Shown here: positions 61,536-64,000 of the stretch, piece after piece
How positions within the stretch are numbered: the stretch's first letter is position 1
How the letters are laid out: every line of letters starts with the position of its first letter
Origin: Eledone cirrhosa
Taxonomy: Eukaryota
Length of the DNA stretch: 64,000 nucleotides
Assembly: GCA_964016885.1 (NCBI GenBank)
Contig: OZ024742.1
Location: forward strand, 200,508,001 to 200,572,000
Reading direction: 5' to 3'
Program-made: the position numbers and the translations under genes
Notes under the pieces: generated by a model
The model's input: only the letters and a program-made list of their open reading frames with translations
Database searches by the model: none
Told to the model about the DNA's origin: nothing

Positions 61536-61817
61536 TCCACACCCACACTCATACAGATAAACACTCATACACACATACGCACACATTCATACACACACAC
61601 ATTCTTACACATAGACACTCATACACAGACACTCACTCATGCACACACACACTCATATACAGACACACTCATAAACACTTACATTCATACATATACACTC
61701 ATATACACTTACATCCATATACACTTACATTCATACACTTACATTCATACATATACATTCATACATATACACATACACACATACGCACACACACGCACAC
61801 GCACGCACACGCACACA

Positions 61818-61882
<65 letters not shown>

Positions 61883-62040
61883 ACATACGCAGACTTAATA
61901 CCTCCACCCGTCTTTTCCTCACGCAATATAACCCGCTTGGGGAAAAAAATTGAATAAAAGATAACATTTTCTATTAGATACTCATAAACGATGTTGAAAT
62001 TGTGTATGTTATATATGTATGTTTGTGTTGTATGTGTATA

Positions 62041-62192
<152 letters not shown>

Positions 62193-62245
62193 TATATATA
62201 TACACATATATATATATATATATATACATACACATACATATCTAT

Positions 62246-62281
<36 letters not shown>

Positions 62282-62355
62282 GTGTGCATATATATATATG
62301 TATATATGTATGTATGAAATCTGCATATGCATATATATATAAATAAATATATGAA

Positions 62356-62392
<37 letters not shown>

Positions 62393-62865
62393 GTGTGTGT
62401 GCGTGTGTATGTGTGTGTGAGAGGGGGAGTGTGTCTGCGCGCGTGCGTGTGTGTGTGTCTGTGTTTATATAGATATATATGTTTATATATGTGTTTATAT
62501 ATATATATAGTTACACACACATATGTATATATATTAGTGTATCCGCGATTTTCTCTTTCATTAAGGAATGTTTAGTTAACAAAATATGATAATACTCCCT
62601 CAGTACGCTCTGATTATTTTTACAGATGTAAACGATATTTGCAGTTTATCCTATTCCTTATTACTTTGTTTTTCGCGTTAGCGTAGTAAAATAATTTAAA
62701 ACCTTCCGTGCTTTAACTCTGACTACGGCGACGGCAGAGCCGAGTCACTCTCCCTTATGAAAGAACGTACGCTTCAACATTTACCTGGTTAATAGATATT
62801 CCAGAAAATGGATTCAACTGAAAACGTATACGTAAATATATATACATGCACACACACATATACAT

Positions 62866-62912
<47 letters not shown>

Positions 62913-62983
62913 CGTGTGTGTGTATTTGTGTGTGCACATATATTTACGTATACATGTATATATATATATACATATGCATACAG

Positions 62984-63015
<32 letters not shown>

Positions 63016-63484
63016 GTATATGTAAGCACATGTAGATCTATATGCATGTATGTATGTTCTGGCTTTATTATTCATAAATTTCCTCCAATAGAGCGAGCGA
63101 GAGAGAGAGAGAGAGAGACGGGGAGAGAGAGAGCGAGAGAGAGAGAGCCGGTTTTAACACAGAAACAAGACTCTTTCATTGGAATTTATACAGCGCCAAC
63201 TAGGTAAATACGTGTGTATATCTACATGTGTGTGTATGTGTGGGGAGAGAGAGAGAAAGAGAGAAAGAGAGAAAGAGAGAAAGAGAGAAAGAGAGAAAGA
63301 GAGAAAAAGAGTGTGTGTGTGTATGTGTGTAGGAGAGAGAGTGTGTGTATGCAGGTATGAATTGCCTGTGTAGATTTCTATGTTTTAAGTTATATGTGTA
63401 CACGTGCGTATGTTTCTGTATCTCTACATGTGCATATGCATATATTACATGCTGAATTTATGAAATGTTTTACATATTTTTCAG

Positions 63485-64000
63485 TTACATTAACTGTATT
63501 TGCAGTTTCCTAATCAGCCATGCTCTTTCTGCTTCTGTGAATCCAAGCTTCTCAAGATTTTTATTGGAGTAGTTAGTAACATATTTCAGAACCCCAATAA
63601 ACACAGGCACAAATCTAAAAGTATAGTCAGGGTGGAGTATCTGCAGATTCCTCATTAGTTCAGAATAAATGTTCTTCTTTTTGCTAATCTTTAGCATTAT
63701 AATGACATCTGCTGGGCAGCTGATTTTTCTACAGTGGATGCCTTCTTTTCTCTGTTCAGTATCTCTATGTCTGATTCGTTGTGTTTGCATTTTATTGGGG
63801 TTTTCACAGGAACATTTCAACAGTACTCTTTTATATTATGTGTACGTATGTCCTCCACATCGTTGTAACATTATATATTCTACGGCCTGCATTGCATAAT
63901 GAGGTAGAGAGTATCATGAAGACATCTTTGAACTGTTGTTTATGACGTGGGTGACAACCTCGATGTTTATTCCACAGTCTACATCTGCTGTCACATGGAA
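63485..64000 (-). mobile_element. Degraded R4/Dong LINE endonuclease region
   Basis: ISCPADV..K..K.NIYSEL.RNLQILHPDY.F.FVP..IG motif. Confidence 0.65.

Overview
AT-rich, microsatellite-saturated animal genomic DNA. The SINE/LINE repertoire and (TA)n load suggest an octopus or related cephalopod (inference). The only clear host gene is a + strand, cation-type nicotinic acetylcholine receptor alpha subunit. Four of its exons were recovered (25946-25990, 27959-28068, 30175-31231, 31854-32027); the first exons were not found and probably lie upstream, so 1-25945 is likely intronic. The rest is retroelement debris: at least five Penelope-like elements (PLEs) with direct or inverted pseudo-LTRs, R4/Dong LINE pieces at (TAA)n, RTE fragments, a short bipartite RTE derivative in (TATG)n, many tRNA/Nin-domain SINEs and a few MITEs. 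The most notable hidden layer is about 15 type I hammerhead ribozyme (HHR) motifs or half-motifs from about 9 unrelated families, nearly all in (TA)n-embedded islands. Many sit in fold-back palindromes, some with arms starting at the predicted cleavage site. Five families share a non-canonical U·U pair at the base of stem II, and one HHR lies in a non-coding 598-bp direct-repeat unit resembling a retrozyme. All RNA folds were derived by eye and are untested.
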